A stretch of 63,791 nt of DNA, counting the filler, from Chiloscyllium plagiosum (Eukaryota): NCBI RefSeq assembly GCF_004010195.1. It is 11 parts of 11 records of this genome, joined end to end, with 100 filler letters (N's around TTAATTAATTAA, not from the genome) between each part and the next. Parts side by side here need not be neighbours in the genome. Positions count along the whole stretch, not along the records: positions 1 to 27,316 come from NC_057723.1; positions 27,417 to 35,543 come from NW_025203005.1; positions 35,644 to 39,388 come from NW_025192638.1; 8 more parts are not named here. One strand, given 5' to 3'. The notes below the pieces were generated by a model. It made no database searches. It worked only from the letters and a program-made list of their open reading frames with translations, and was not told the DNA's origin. Numbering within the stretch: the first letter of the stretch is position 1; the number at the start of each line of letters is the position of its first letter. The translations under genes and the position numbers were made by a program. Below are positions 25,130 through 36,674 of the stretch, piece after piece.

Positions 25130-26030
25130 GACATATCATAGAGACATACAGCATGGAATCAGACCATTCAATCCCATCAGCAAAATGTGAGGACTGCAGA
25201 TGCTGGAGATCAGAGTCAGAAAGTGTGGTGCTGGAAAAGCACAGCAGGTCTGGCAGCGTCCGAGAAGCAGGAAAATCAACGTGATGAAGATCTTATGCCT
25301 GAAATGTCGATTCTCTTGCACCTTGGATGCTGCCTGACCTGCTGTGCTTTTCCAGCGCCACACTTTTCAACTATTCGGCCAATCACTCCATGTTGACCAT
25401 AATCCCAAACTAAACTAGTCCCACCTGCCTGCTCCTGGCCCATATCCCTCCAAACCTTTCCTTGTCATGTACTTATCCAAATGTCTCTTAAATGTTGTAA
25501 CTGTTCCCACACTCTCCACATCCTCAGGACATTCATTCCACACATGAACCACCCTCTGTGTAAAAATGTTGCCCCTCATGCCTTTTTAAAATTTCTCCCC
25601 TCTGACCTTAAATATGTGCCCCCTGAACTTGAAATCCCCCATCCTAGGGAAAAGACAACTACCATTAACTCTATCTACACCCCTCATTATTTTATAAACT
25701 TCTACCAGATCACCTCTCAACCTCCTGTGCTCCAGTGAAAAAAGTACCAACCTATTCAGCCTTTCTTTATAGCTCAAACTCTCCATACCCTGCACCATCT
25801 TGGTAAATCTCTTCTGAACCCTCTCCAGCTTAATGATTTCCTCCCTATAACAGGGAGACCAGAACTGAACACAGTATTCCAGAAGAGGCCTCACCAATGT
25901 CATGTACAAACTCAACAGGACTTCCCAATTCCTATACTCAAAGGACTGAGCAATAGACGCAAGCTTGCTAAACACCTTTTTAACCACCCTGTCTATATGC
26001 TTTAAAGAATTATGTACCTGCACCCCTAGG
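25130..26030 (-). mobile_element. CR1 LINE 3' end with a nested Penelope-like repeat (about 25180-25370)
   Basis: LVRPLLEYCVQFWSP and RRLRGDL motifs. Confidence 0.9.
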
Positions 26031-27316
26031 TATATAACCTCTGCGGACACAGAGATGGGTTCAAGTGTGTATACTTCAACGCAAGTAGTATATGAAATAA
26101 GTTGGGTGAACTTAAGGCCCGAATCAATACCTGGGACTATGATGTTGTGGCCATCACGGAAACGTGGATAGAAGAGGGACAGGAATGGTTGTTGGAGGTT
26201 CCTGGTTACAGATGTTTCAGTAAGATTAGGGAGGGTGGTAAAAAGGGAGGAGGGGCGGCGTTGCTAATTAGAAATGGTATAACGGCTGCAGAAAGGCAGT
26301 TCGAGGGGGATCTGCCTTTGGAGGTAGTATGGGCTGAAGTCAGAAATAGGAAAGGAGCAGTCACCTTGTTGGGTGTTTACTATAGGCCTGAAAATGTGTT
26401 GCTGGAAAAGTGCAGCAGGTCAGGCAGCATCCAAGGAGCAGGAGAATCGACGTTTCGGGCATAAGCCCTTCTTCAGGAATGTTTACTATAGGCCCCCCAA
26501 TAGCAGCAGAGATGCGGAGAAACAGATTGGGAAACAAATTTTGGACAGGTGCAGAAGCCACAGGGTAGTAGCCATGGGCGATTTCAATTTCCCAAATATT
26601 GATTGGAAGCTCTTTAGATCAAGTAGATTGGATGGAGCAGTGCTTGTGCAGTGTGTCCAGGAAGCTTTTCTAACTCAGAATGTAGATTGTCCGACCAGAG
26701 GGGAGACCATATTGGATTTGGTACTTGGTAACGAATCGGGACAAGTGATGGGCTTGTTAGTGGGTGAACATTTTGGTGATGGTGACCACAATTCTGTGAC
26801 TTTCACCTTGGTTATGGAGAGAGATAGGTGCGTGCAACAGGGTAGGTTTTACAATTGGGGGAAGGGTAAATACGATACTGTAAGACAGGATTTGAGGAGC
26901 ATAAGTTGGGAGCATAGGCTGTCAGGGAAGGATATCGTGGAAATGTGGAACTTTTTCAAGAAACAGAAACGACGAGTCCTTGATATGTATGTACCTGTCA
27001 GGCAGGAAAGAAATGGTCATGTGAGGGAACCTTGGTTGACGAGGGAGGTTGAATGTCTTGGAAAGAGGAAGAAGGAGGCTTACATAAGGTTGAGGAAACA
27101 AGGTTCAGAAAGAGCGTTGGAGGGATACAGGATAGCCAGAAGGGACCTGAAGAAAGGGATTAGGAGAGCCAAGAGAGGGCATGAAAAATCTCTGGCGGAT
27201 AGGATCAAGGATAACCCAAAGGCATTTTATGCGTATGTGAGAAACATGAGAATGACGAGAACGAGGGTAGGTCCAATCAAGGACAGTAGTGGGAGACTGT
27301 GTATTGAGTCAGAAGA
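26030..27316 (+). mobile_element. CR1 LINE ORF2 endonuclease region with a 91-bp Penelope-like insertion
   Basis: AITETW, YYRPP, GDFNFPNIDW, GDGDHN; insertion 26389-26479 flanked by TGTTTACTATAGGCC duplicates. Confidence 0.93.
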
Positions 27317-27416
27317 NNNNNNNNNNNNNNNNNNNNNNNNNNNNNNNNNNNNNNNNNNNNTTAATTAATTAANNNNNNNNNNNNNNNNNNNNNNNNNNNN
27401 NNNNNNNNNNNNNNNN
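27317..27416. other. Artificial scaffold spacer (44 N + TTAATTAATTAA + 44 N); also at 35544, 39389, 42954, 46399, 48363, 49753, 52559, 60552 and 62354
   Basis: Same 100-nt spacer with stops in all six frames occurs ten times, with unrelated sequence on either side. Confidence 0.97.
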
Positions 27417-28349
27417 GGTTGATTGGTGTGGGTGTCCCAGAGATGTTTCCTAAAGCGCTCTGCTAGAAGGCGTCCAGTCTCCCCTGGTGGGAGACTGGAC
27501 GCCTTCCATTCTGAAGCTTTCTGCAGTCTTTCCTATTTTAATAATATTCAGCTCCTCTGTTCTTCCAGACAAAGTGTGTGGACTCACATTTCTTCACATT
27601 ATGCTCCATCTGCCAAGTTTTTGCTTCCTCACTTCCTGTGTCAATATCCCTGGGCAGACCCTTTGTCACTACTTACCTTCCCACCTATTGTTGTGTTATC
27701 CACAAACTTGGTGACAGTACATTCACATTCCTCATCCAAGACATCAATAAATACAGTAAATAATTCTGGCCCCAGCACTGATTCCTGTGACACTCCAACA
27801 GCTGCAGGTTGCCATCCTGAAAATGTCCCCTTTATCCTCACTCTCTGTCTTCTTTTTCTAAGCTAATTTTCTATCCATTTCTGTAGACTACTGTCAACAC
27901 CATGGGCTCTTTTTACTAGCCTAATGTGTGAGACTTTATCAAATACTGACTGAAAATCCCTCAATATTACATCCACTGCTTCATCTTTGACAAAAGGCCA
28001 AAAACTGCAGATGATGGAAATCTGAAGCAAACATGGAGAATGTTGGAGCAACTCAGCAGGTCTGGCAGTATCTAAAGTGAGAGAAACAGAGTGAATATTT
28101 TATGCCTAATCTGAATCTTCTTTACAAATCAACGCTAACCTATAAACCGTTATTTCAGTTATTTTGTCCTGAATACTCTGTGCATTCAAGAGCCATGAAC
28201 ATTATTTCCCCTGGTGACCTCATTCACTTCTGTTTTTCTGTGTTTGTATCCTCTGTCTGTTTCTGTCCCACTCTAGGTAAAGTTATCCAAACAGCTACCC
28301 TATAATACTGCTGTCTCCTCTTGCTTTGACAGCCTCTGGATCCTTTCTC

Positions 28350-29010
28350 CCAAACATTGCTCCCTTCTAATTAGTTTATAGCTCTCTCTATAGGCCTAGT
28401 TATTTGATTCACCAGGATACGGGTCCCAGCATGGTTCAAGTGAAGCCCATCCCTTTTACCCCAGTACTGGTGCCAGTGCCCCACAAACAAAAATCCATTT
28501 CATCCAGACCAAACTCTGAGTCACATACTGAAATGCTTGACGTATTTACCCAGTGTCAGTTTCCCAGCAGCTCAGGCAGTAATCCAAGGATTCTTACCTT
28601 GGAGATTCTGTGTTATAATTTAGCTCCGAACTGTTCAAAGTCTTTCAGTGAAACCTTCTTTCTTGTGCTCCCAGTGTCATTGGTCCCAACATGGACAACG
28701 ATGACCTGATCTTTCTCCTCCCTTTTCAGGTTCTTCTCCAGCCCTGAGGAAGACAGCATATCCTTTGGGAACAATGCCCATGTCTGTAGGGAGCAGGATC
28801 TACACTCCCTCATTACACTGTCTCCTCCCACAATGACATTGCTATTTCCTATCCCCAGTTGAACCATGCCTGTCCCAAAGGTATCATGGTCGGTTTGCTC
28901 ATTCTCCCTGCAGACTGCACTCATGCCCACACAGCTTGCAGGAACCTGATATCCCCCCTGCTGGATTATTGCAGCAGCTCAGGCTTAGTGCGGTGTCGTG
29001 GAAAAGCCAG
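28350..29010 (-). mobile_element. CR1 LINE ORF1 SGNH-esterase fragment
   Basis: VIVGGDSVMR (GDS block) and VVHVGTND motif. Confidence 0.8.
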
Positions 29011-31876
29011 GTTGTACAGTGTGTCAATCCTGTTCACACACTGGCCCCACACCTTCCCCATCATCACTCACCCATCATAACCCCCCATCATNNNNNNNNN
29101 NNNNNNNNNNNNNNNNNNNNNNNNNNNNNNNNNNNNNNNNNNNNNNNNNNNNNNNNNNNNNNNNNNNNNNNNNNNNNNNNNNNNNNNNNNNNNNNNNNNN
29201 NNNNNNNNNNNNNNNNNNNNNNNNNNNNNNNNNNNNNNNNNNNNNNNNNNNNNNNNNNNNNNNNNNNNNNNNNNNNNNNNNNNNNNNNNNNNNNNNNNNN
29301 NNNNNNNNNNNNNNNNNNNNNNNNNNNNNNNNNNNNNNNNNNNNNNNCCCACTCCCATCATCGCTCACTCATTATTCCCACCCCAATCATTACTCACCCA
29401 TCAGTCCCATTATCACTCACCCATCATCCCGCCCCACCCCCACCATCACTCACCCATCATCCCCACACCACACTCATCACCACTCATCCAGCAGCTCCAC
29501 CCTCGGAGATCTCTCTGCTGATTGAATGGATGCTGCTTGATCATTCCTGATTTACTATCTCTCCATCATTATTCTTTGTAATGGATTGGTTGTGACTCAT
29601 GGACATGGATCAATGTTTCCCATCAGAGTATCTACAGGGACAAAATGGTGGTGTAGTAGAGTTAGGAAGTGTACGCTTCTAAGGTTTAAACCTGTGAATA
29701 AATATCAGATGGAGTAGAGATTGTCTCCAGTGTTTCTGGCTTTGCAGATTAAAGTATTGTTGTTGTACCTTTATTTTTCTGATCACTGTTCTCTGGAATT
29801 GAATCTCTCAACCTCTGCATCTCTCAAACTCTCTTTCCTTCTTTAAAAGCTCCTTAAAATCCAGTTAATGAACTATTCATTGATTTTATTGTCAGTGTTT
29901 GAGGGACAGTCACTTGACAAAAGCAGAAAATGCTGGGGTTCTGACAAAGAGCCATCAGACTCAAAATGTCAACTCTGTTTTTTTTCCCACAGATGCTGCC
30001 AGACCTGTAGAGTTTTACCAGCAATTTCTGTTTATGTTTCAGATCTCCAGTATCTGCAGTTATTTGTTTAATCAAAGAATCAATGGGGTGGATTAGAGGC
30101 CAAATAATGACATCTTCTCATGGAGTTTAGGGACATGGATGAGACAATAGATGTTCCCATTGTACATTCACCTTTCTGTGAAGTGCTGGCCTTGCTTTTA
30201 TTTGCCTTCTGTTTCCGAGCTCCAGATTTCTGAATCTGTTTGTGGGAACTGCTGCCTCATCCATTTCCTGTTAGTTTGGGTCTGTCTGCTCCATCACGTT
30301 TTAGCTCGAATTCTAATTTCACAATTTCATCTTCCACGACAGGAAATGGTTCCTCTGCTGTCTGTGAATCTGTTCCTGTTCTCACTCTCACTGTTTGAAT
30401 CCCGGGGCTGTCTTTTTGTCTGTCTTGTGTTTCTTTACATTCATTGGATGGTTATGACAGGGCAACAACAGAGAGAGGTGAGGGTTTCATTTCCCATTCC
30501 AGTAAACCCTGTCCCCAACAGCTCCAGCTGTCTGTATAAGGGTTAATGGTTGTTTATGTTTCATCTTCTGTACTTTGCTGAATGAAAGCTGTTTCTCATT
30601 ACCTGGTGGAAATTGTCCTGTGAGACAGTTGGAACCTGAAAGGGTTAACTCACATCACAAGATAAGCTCCACCATCAGGATAGAAAGGACAGTTCCTGAG
30701 AGAAGCTAACCAGTTCTAAGTTCTCAGTTCAGTGTGATGGTCTTTGTGTCCTTTTAAGTCCAGCCTGAGGTCTCCCAGAGACTCTCACATCACTCAGATG
30801 GAATGTAACTCACTATTCAGTATGATGTCATAAACCAACTCTGTTTATCAAGACTGAGCCACTCTTCTACCAAAGAGTTCATGAGGTATCCTTCCCCACT
30901 TGGTCTCAGTACCTGAGAGGAATATCAAGAAGAATGATTGTTGACACTGAATCTACACACAGCATCCCTGTTTTCACTCTGCCTCTCTTCTTAAATAGTG
31001 GGGTTCCATTCGCTACCCTCTAATCTATAGGGAATGTTCCAGAGACTGTAGAATCTTGGAAGATGACCACCAATGTACCCATTATTTCCAGGGCTACTTC
31101 CTTAAGTGTTCTGGGATTACTAAACCCTGGGGATTTATCAGCCTTCCGTCTCATCAATTTCACCAATGCCATTTCTTGACCAATTTTGATTTCTTTAATT
31201 TCCTCCCTCTCACTAAAGCCTGTACACCTCATTGTTTCTGGAATGTACTTTACGTCCTTCTTTGTGAACACAAAGCCAAATCCCCCTGTTTCTGACTGTA
31301 AGAGATTGACATTTATCTTCACTATTTTTTTTCTCATCATCAGAAGTAACACGATTCCAGGTTATTGTCCAATAGGTCACAAGTTCTTCACCTGAAGGTA
31401 AAGGACCATTGCACTGAAAGCTTGTTATTTCAAATAGATCTGTTGGACTGTAACTTTGTGTTGTGTGACTTTTGATATTGTCCATCCCAGTCTAACACTG
31501 GCACCTCCACAATCTTTTTCTCGTCACATTCCAACAGAAACCTTTACAGTCAGTTTGTATGTTCCCCTCAAGCATACTCTCTTACATTGCTTTTTCTTCC
31601 TGAATCAATCATTAATCAGTCACTACTTGGCTCTGTTGTCTTTTGGTGGAATTTGTTTGCCTCTTCCTGTTTATTTGCTTAGGTTGGAGAGACTGTATCT
31701 CTGTTGATCGTTGGGGAAATCCTGTCCCTTTAAATGCTGCCTGGCTACCTTTTCTAATGCAGCAGACTCTTCCCAGTTCCAATCCTCACATCTGCTATGA
31801 ATCATCCAGGGAAGAGGATTACTGTGTGTGGCAAGTTAGCTTGTGTCAGACAGTGGTTTGATAGTGTGAGCTCAAT

Positions 31877-31927
31877 ATGTCACTGTTATAGCAACATCTG
31901 TATTGCTGTTCTCAGCACACAGTGACT
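31877..31927 (+). pseudogene. S2 gene leader exon with an apparent 1-nt frameshift
   Basis: ATG TCA CTG TT^ ATA GCA ACA TCT GTA TTG CTG TTC TCA GCA CAC AGT GAC T|GTAAG reads MSLxIATSVLLFSAHSD if one base is restored; 165-bp intron to the V exon. Confidence 0.55.
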
Positions 31928-32092
31928 GTAAGCCAGGATATCAATCAGGAACAAACCATCACAACTGGTTCAGTTTAACAACCTGTTCCCTCTCTTTAAT
32001 GTAGGACTCAAACTGCTGGGAGAGTCCCTTTAATTCCTCGCGGGAGTTTAGAAATATCAGACTGCTATTTGTTTATTTTTTTTATTTTGAAG

Positions 32093-32437
32093 GTGCAAAT
32101 GCCCCAGTCCGTCTCCAGTCTCCGATCCTGGAACGTGTCACTGAGGGTCACACTGCCCGGTTACTGTGCACCCTGAGGAACGCCGCAATGACAAACACCG
32201 ATGCTTACTGGTACCGGGAGCAAGCAGGAGGAAGGACGGAGTGGATTTTGATACATTCTACGTTGAATGACGTACAATGGTACCCAGGATTCACTGAGCG
32301 ATTCCAGTCTTCCAGAGACTCCTCTGGTAGCAACTTCATTCTGACCATCACAAATGTGCAGCCCAGTGACAGTGGAGTCTATTACTGCTCAGTCTGGAGA
32401 AGTATCCCTGGTGGAGGAAGCCTGCTCATTGTAGACA
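32093..32437 (+). CDS. S2 germline-joined VJ-type V exon (VJC1/PRARP-like non-rearranging IgSF gene)
   Basis: Acceptor TGAAG|, donor A|GTAAGT, 345 nt open. Motifs LQSP, ARLLC, YWYRE, ERFQSSRD, FILTITNVQPSDSGVYYC, then SVWRSIPGGGSLLIV; no RSS. Confidence 0.88.
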
Positions 32438-34679
32438 GTAAGTAGAGTTTACACAACAATCACCTCCAGTAATAACCTATTGACCAGTGAATGAATTGGA
32501 GGTCACTTTGTGATCAAGAAGGTTGAGGAGGTGATGGAGAGTGATCTCAGGGATGGATTCACTGTGGGGAGGAAGCTGAGCTCAGGTTCAATGTTGCTGG
32601 GCAGCGGATGGTGAAAAGGTGATGTTTTGTGACAATGGGAGAAGGGTCTTGTGGTAAATGTGGAGCTTTATCCTGGAGAACGAGTGATATTAATTCCATT
32701 TGACTCACAGGAGTGTCAGTACCATTAGGCTGGATGTGCAGAGTCAGGGAGATTGCTCTGTGAGGTGCCACATCTGCAGGGGAATCTCCCAGGGATTGGG
32801 AATGAACCATAAAGCACAAAGGGTCACACACATCTCTCTCCATTCCAGAGCCAATTGGTTCAATCCAGGTTAAAAGGAACCACTCCACATCGATAATGGG
32901 GTAAAGGGAGGGGTTTGCTCTCCATGACTCCCACAGCTGAGACTGGGATTGAAGCTGAGATGTTGTCATTATTCTACATCATACTCCAGCCATCTGGGCA
33001 AACTGAGTAGGGAAGAGTTCGGAGTTACCTAGATCTTTGTGTTGAATGTTGCTGACAGCCTGGCTTCAAACACCATCCTGCTCAGGTAATTCCTGGAGCT
33101 TTCTCTTCTACTTGTCCCATTAGGGGAGCGTGGTCAGTCAATAGCAGATCAGATGTAATGCAGAGAGATGTGAGGATACTCAGATTGGATGAGGAAATAA
33201 GAGCAGTGGAGACAATTTTATTTAAAAATGCAAGTCTAACAGATGTGCAGGAGCAGACAGAGGTGGAAGGATATTCTTTAGTTGAAAAAAAGTATCAACT
33301 TTATAAGAACTGCTCTTTAGAATTCTGTATCAAAAGAAAACACTGAACAGAAACCTGTAGCGAAACAACATGAAAATGTATGGACTATGAGAAACTGGAA
33401 TCTGGAACTGCTTGGTCTTTTCTTGGCTGAAGACTGTTTACCACATGATCATTTGAATCTGAAAGATCAATATGTGTTGTAGTTTATAAATTTCAAATTA
33501 ATTTTGAATCATTCGAGGATGATAAGAACAGATAGGAAATGGGTTTATCACTAACTCTTTTTGAATGCAGTCGAGAGTTTGTTGCTGGAAAAGCACAGCA
33601 GGTCAGGCAGCTTTGAGGAGCAGGAACATCAACGTTTCGGGCATTAGCCTTCATCAGGAATTATGTCCAAAATGTTGATTCTCCTACTCCTCGGATGCTG
33701 CCTGACCTGCCGTGCTTTTCCAGTACTACGCTCTCGACTCTGAGCTCCAGCATCTGCAGTCCTCACTTTCTCCTATTGGTTTTGAATGCAGCATAGCAAC
33801 AGTTTCTGACCTTCCGTTACTGTGTGTTTTCACAGACTGAAAGAACAGCAACTGAACCAAAATTGTTCAGCTGACCAAAAGCAGTAAAAAAGACCCTTCT
33901 CTTCTGATAAAAAGAGAAAACTTCAAGCAGGATCAGTTGTACAGTTTCTCCCTCTCAGTCAGTAAAAGATAAAGACAAAGCTGTGAAGGTCCCTTCATGA
34001 AGGAGTTTTAAAGATAAGGTTTCCAATATCAAGGTTTCAAACTATTTCCCATTGGAATCTGAAATATGGTCAGACGATCTCCCAACAATGTATAACTTTC
34101 AGGAATCAGCCTCATTGACAAGAAATTGCAGGATCTCTGAGAAGCCAGCACATTCTCCCTTCTTATGGATTTCTTTGTCCCACTGGAATGGTCTTTCTTT
34201 AGGATGCTTTGTTTAAAAACAACCCAAACTACTTCTACAGAGCCATGTTGCCTTGTCTGTAAATGAATGTATGTTTGAGATTAGTGAGATATGGTTTAAT
34301 CCCAAATTGAAATGTCATTGCTTATCACATTTTGTTCTTGCTTTCAGTATTTCTCTTGCTCATAATGAATAAGTTATTCTTGAGGTCATGAACCAACTTT
34401 GTTTCGGAAGACAAAGAGCGACAAATTGGCCACAAAATTTTAAACAATAAAGAATCCAAGCCCAATTTCCATCTGTGATCAATACTAACATCACTGAGAC
34501 CATAATCAAAGTGGTTGGAACTGTTCTCCTTGGAGAAGGAAAAGCTGAGAGGAAATTTGATCAAAGTACCCACTTCCATTGTAATTGAAGATCACAACCA
34601 ATATATCCTCAGTCTGGGGGGATAGAGGGATTGGGTGGGACAGGGTTTTGGAATTTTTTTTTATTTTTTTATTTTTTTT

Positions 34680-34976
34680 TATTAGATTACAGTGTGGAAA
34701 CAGGCCCTTCGGCCCAACAAGTCCACACCGACCCGCCGAAGCGAAACCCACCCATACCCCTACATTTACCCCTTATCTAACACTACGGGCAATTTAGCAT
34801 GGCCAATTCACCTGACCCTGCACATCTTTGGACTGTGGGAGGAAACCGGAGCACCCGGAGGAAACCCACGCAGACACGGGGAGAACGTGCAAACTCCACA
34901 CAGTCAGTCGCCTGAGTCGGGAATTGAACCCGGGTCTCTGGCGCTGCGAGGCAGCAGTGCTAACCAGTGTGCCACC
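34680..34976 (-). mobile_element. HE1-type SINE, well preserved
   Basis: A and B boxes and tail CTGTAATCTAAT followed by an A-rich end. Confidence 0.9.
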
Positions 34977-35714
34977 GGAATTTGGTGCAAGACATGTGGG
35001 TATGAGAAACTGGATTCTGGATCTCTGAGCAGCTCCTGGCCACACAATGACATTGGGTCAGTTGGTATTTAGGATATACCCAGTGCCAGGGATACCCAGT
35101 CCCACTGGATACTCGGGGGCATTGTGTACAGTGGGAGGATTATGAGTAGTCAGTCTCGGGGAAAAGTGATCATTCCGAGGAAAACAGTGAGCAGGATGGG
35201 GAGAGAATGAGGGATCTTCACATAAGAATCTGCAGTATCTGAGCAATTAGTGGGTCACCAGATGGGGCTGAGATCAGGGAGAAGGGACTGGATGATGTGA
35301 GGAGTTCAGAGCCTCTCGTGGGGGCAGGAAGTGGGGAAAGCCTGAGGCTGGGAGCTGTAATCGACAGCTGTCCTTTATTCAGGCAACGTCACTCTACATT
35401 CTGACCTAGCTGTTCCTCTTTATTTATTTACACTAATTGTTATGAAAGTTATTTAATTATACAAGTGTAGTTTGTTTGATCTGTTCCAACTCCACTGGTT
35501 CAATCTTATTTTTAGATTAGATTCCTTACAGTGTGGAAACAGGNNNNNNNNNNNNNNNNNNNNNNNNNNNNNNNNNNNNNNNNNNNNTTAATTAATTAAN
35601 NNNNNNNNNNNNNNNNNNNNNNNNNNNNNNNNNNNNNNNNNNNATTAAGTCTCACATTATTTTCCCGGTCCTTCAATGGTAATAATCGCCAGCTTGAGAC
35701 TAACCCTTGTCAGT

Positions 35715-35794
35715 GGTTTTTGTATGAGGATGTCACTGTGCACATAACTGTGACCCACTGTAGTATCACAGCGATTTAGACCTGTACATTTTCT
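35715..35794 (-). other. IgM D1 segment (ATACTACAGTGGGT, 35753-35766) with 5' 12-RSS and 3' 22-RSS
   Basis: Minus strand: AGAAAATGT-12-CGCTGTG, D, CACAGTT-22-ACAAAAACC; about 360 bp from the VH RSS, as in shark IgH clusters. Confidence 0.88.
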
Positions 35795-36154
35795 GTAATA
35801 CGCTCTGGGTCTCAATTTTCATGTGAAATAGACATTTAGTGCTGATACTGTTTAGAATTAAAGGCATGGTTTACAGACCACGATTAGTAGACATTTCCCG
35901 AACTGTCAGATACATTAAAACTAACATCATGTCCAAGCATTTAATTGGTGGAAGAGTAAGTAGTACATACGAAATGCCAAAAACATTGTCCCATGATATC
36001 ACCCAGTTTGTTAGTTTCAATGGTATGTTTCCTCTATGATAGGGTTGTAAAAGGCAGCCCGAGGTGTGCTTCAGATCGCAGTTGGTTGAACTGAATTTAA
36101 AACGGGTACTGGCCATCAGTTAACGATGAAATTGGCAAAATGTCCCCTTGAGCT

Positions 36155-36193
36155 GTTTTTTGAAAGGGTCCAGCGCTTGTTCCTCTCGCTGTG
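36155..36193 (-). other. VH 23-RSS
   Basis: CACAGCG, 23-nt spacer, TCAAAAAAC immediately after YYCAR. Confidence 0.85.
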
Positions 36194-36674
36194 GTATCTT
36201 GCACAGTAATAGATGGCGGTGTCTTCGATCTTCAGGCTCTTCATCTCCAACGCGAAGATGTTGTTTGAAGTGTCTTTGGACGCAGTAAATCGATTCTTAA
36301 TCGCTGGGTCATAGTTACTGCTGGATGGACTTTTGTCATTTAGCAGTCACTCCAGCCCCTGTCCGGGAACCTGTCGGACCCAGTGCATCCAACCATTGCC
36401 AAGATCGAAGCCGCTGGTTTTACAGGTCAGTTTCAGGGTGGCCCCGGAATGGCCACTCTCTGCCTCTGGTTGAGTTAAAACAATCTCCTACTGGACACCT
36501 TTCAAAATGAAAAAAAAAACCCATGAGAATTAATGCTGATACAATGATGCCTGAGTCTTTTACATTTCTGAGGCAGACTATCATTGAGACAGTAACAAAG
36601 AGAGACATGAAAAAAAAACACTCACATGATAAGAACGTCAGTAACAAACTGAGAAAAATTGTTGACTTAATCAT
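36194..36674 (-). pseudogene. IGHV: IgM VH pseudogene (leader 36626-36674, V exon 36194-36498)
   Basis: [67 protein letters not shown]...[32 protein letters not shown]; stops at 36488-36490 and 36347-36349. The V exon is missed by the ORF track. Confidence 0.93.

Noticed and set aside
27361-27372. TTAATTAATTAA as a biological repeat or CRISPR-like element
   Set aside because: Always centred in 88 Ns; it is a six-frame stop linker.
28936-29550. His/Pro-rich ORFs
   Set aside because: Low-complexity CCATCATCACTCAC repeat spanning an N gap.
30346-30477. Hydrophobic ORF MVPLLSVNLFLFSL... as the S2 leader
   Set aside because: Its donor is phase 0 while the V exon needs phase 1; a better-placed leader lies at 31877.
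31918-31957. RSS-like CACAGTG-24-GAACAAACC upstream of the S2 V exon
   Set aside because: The heptamer lies in the probable leader coding sequence (His-Ser-Asp), spacer and nonamer are off-consensus, and it is on the wrong side of V.
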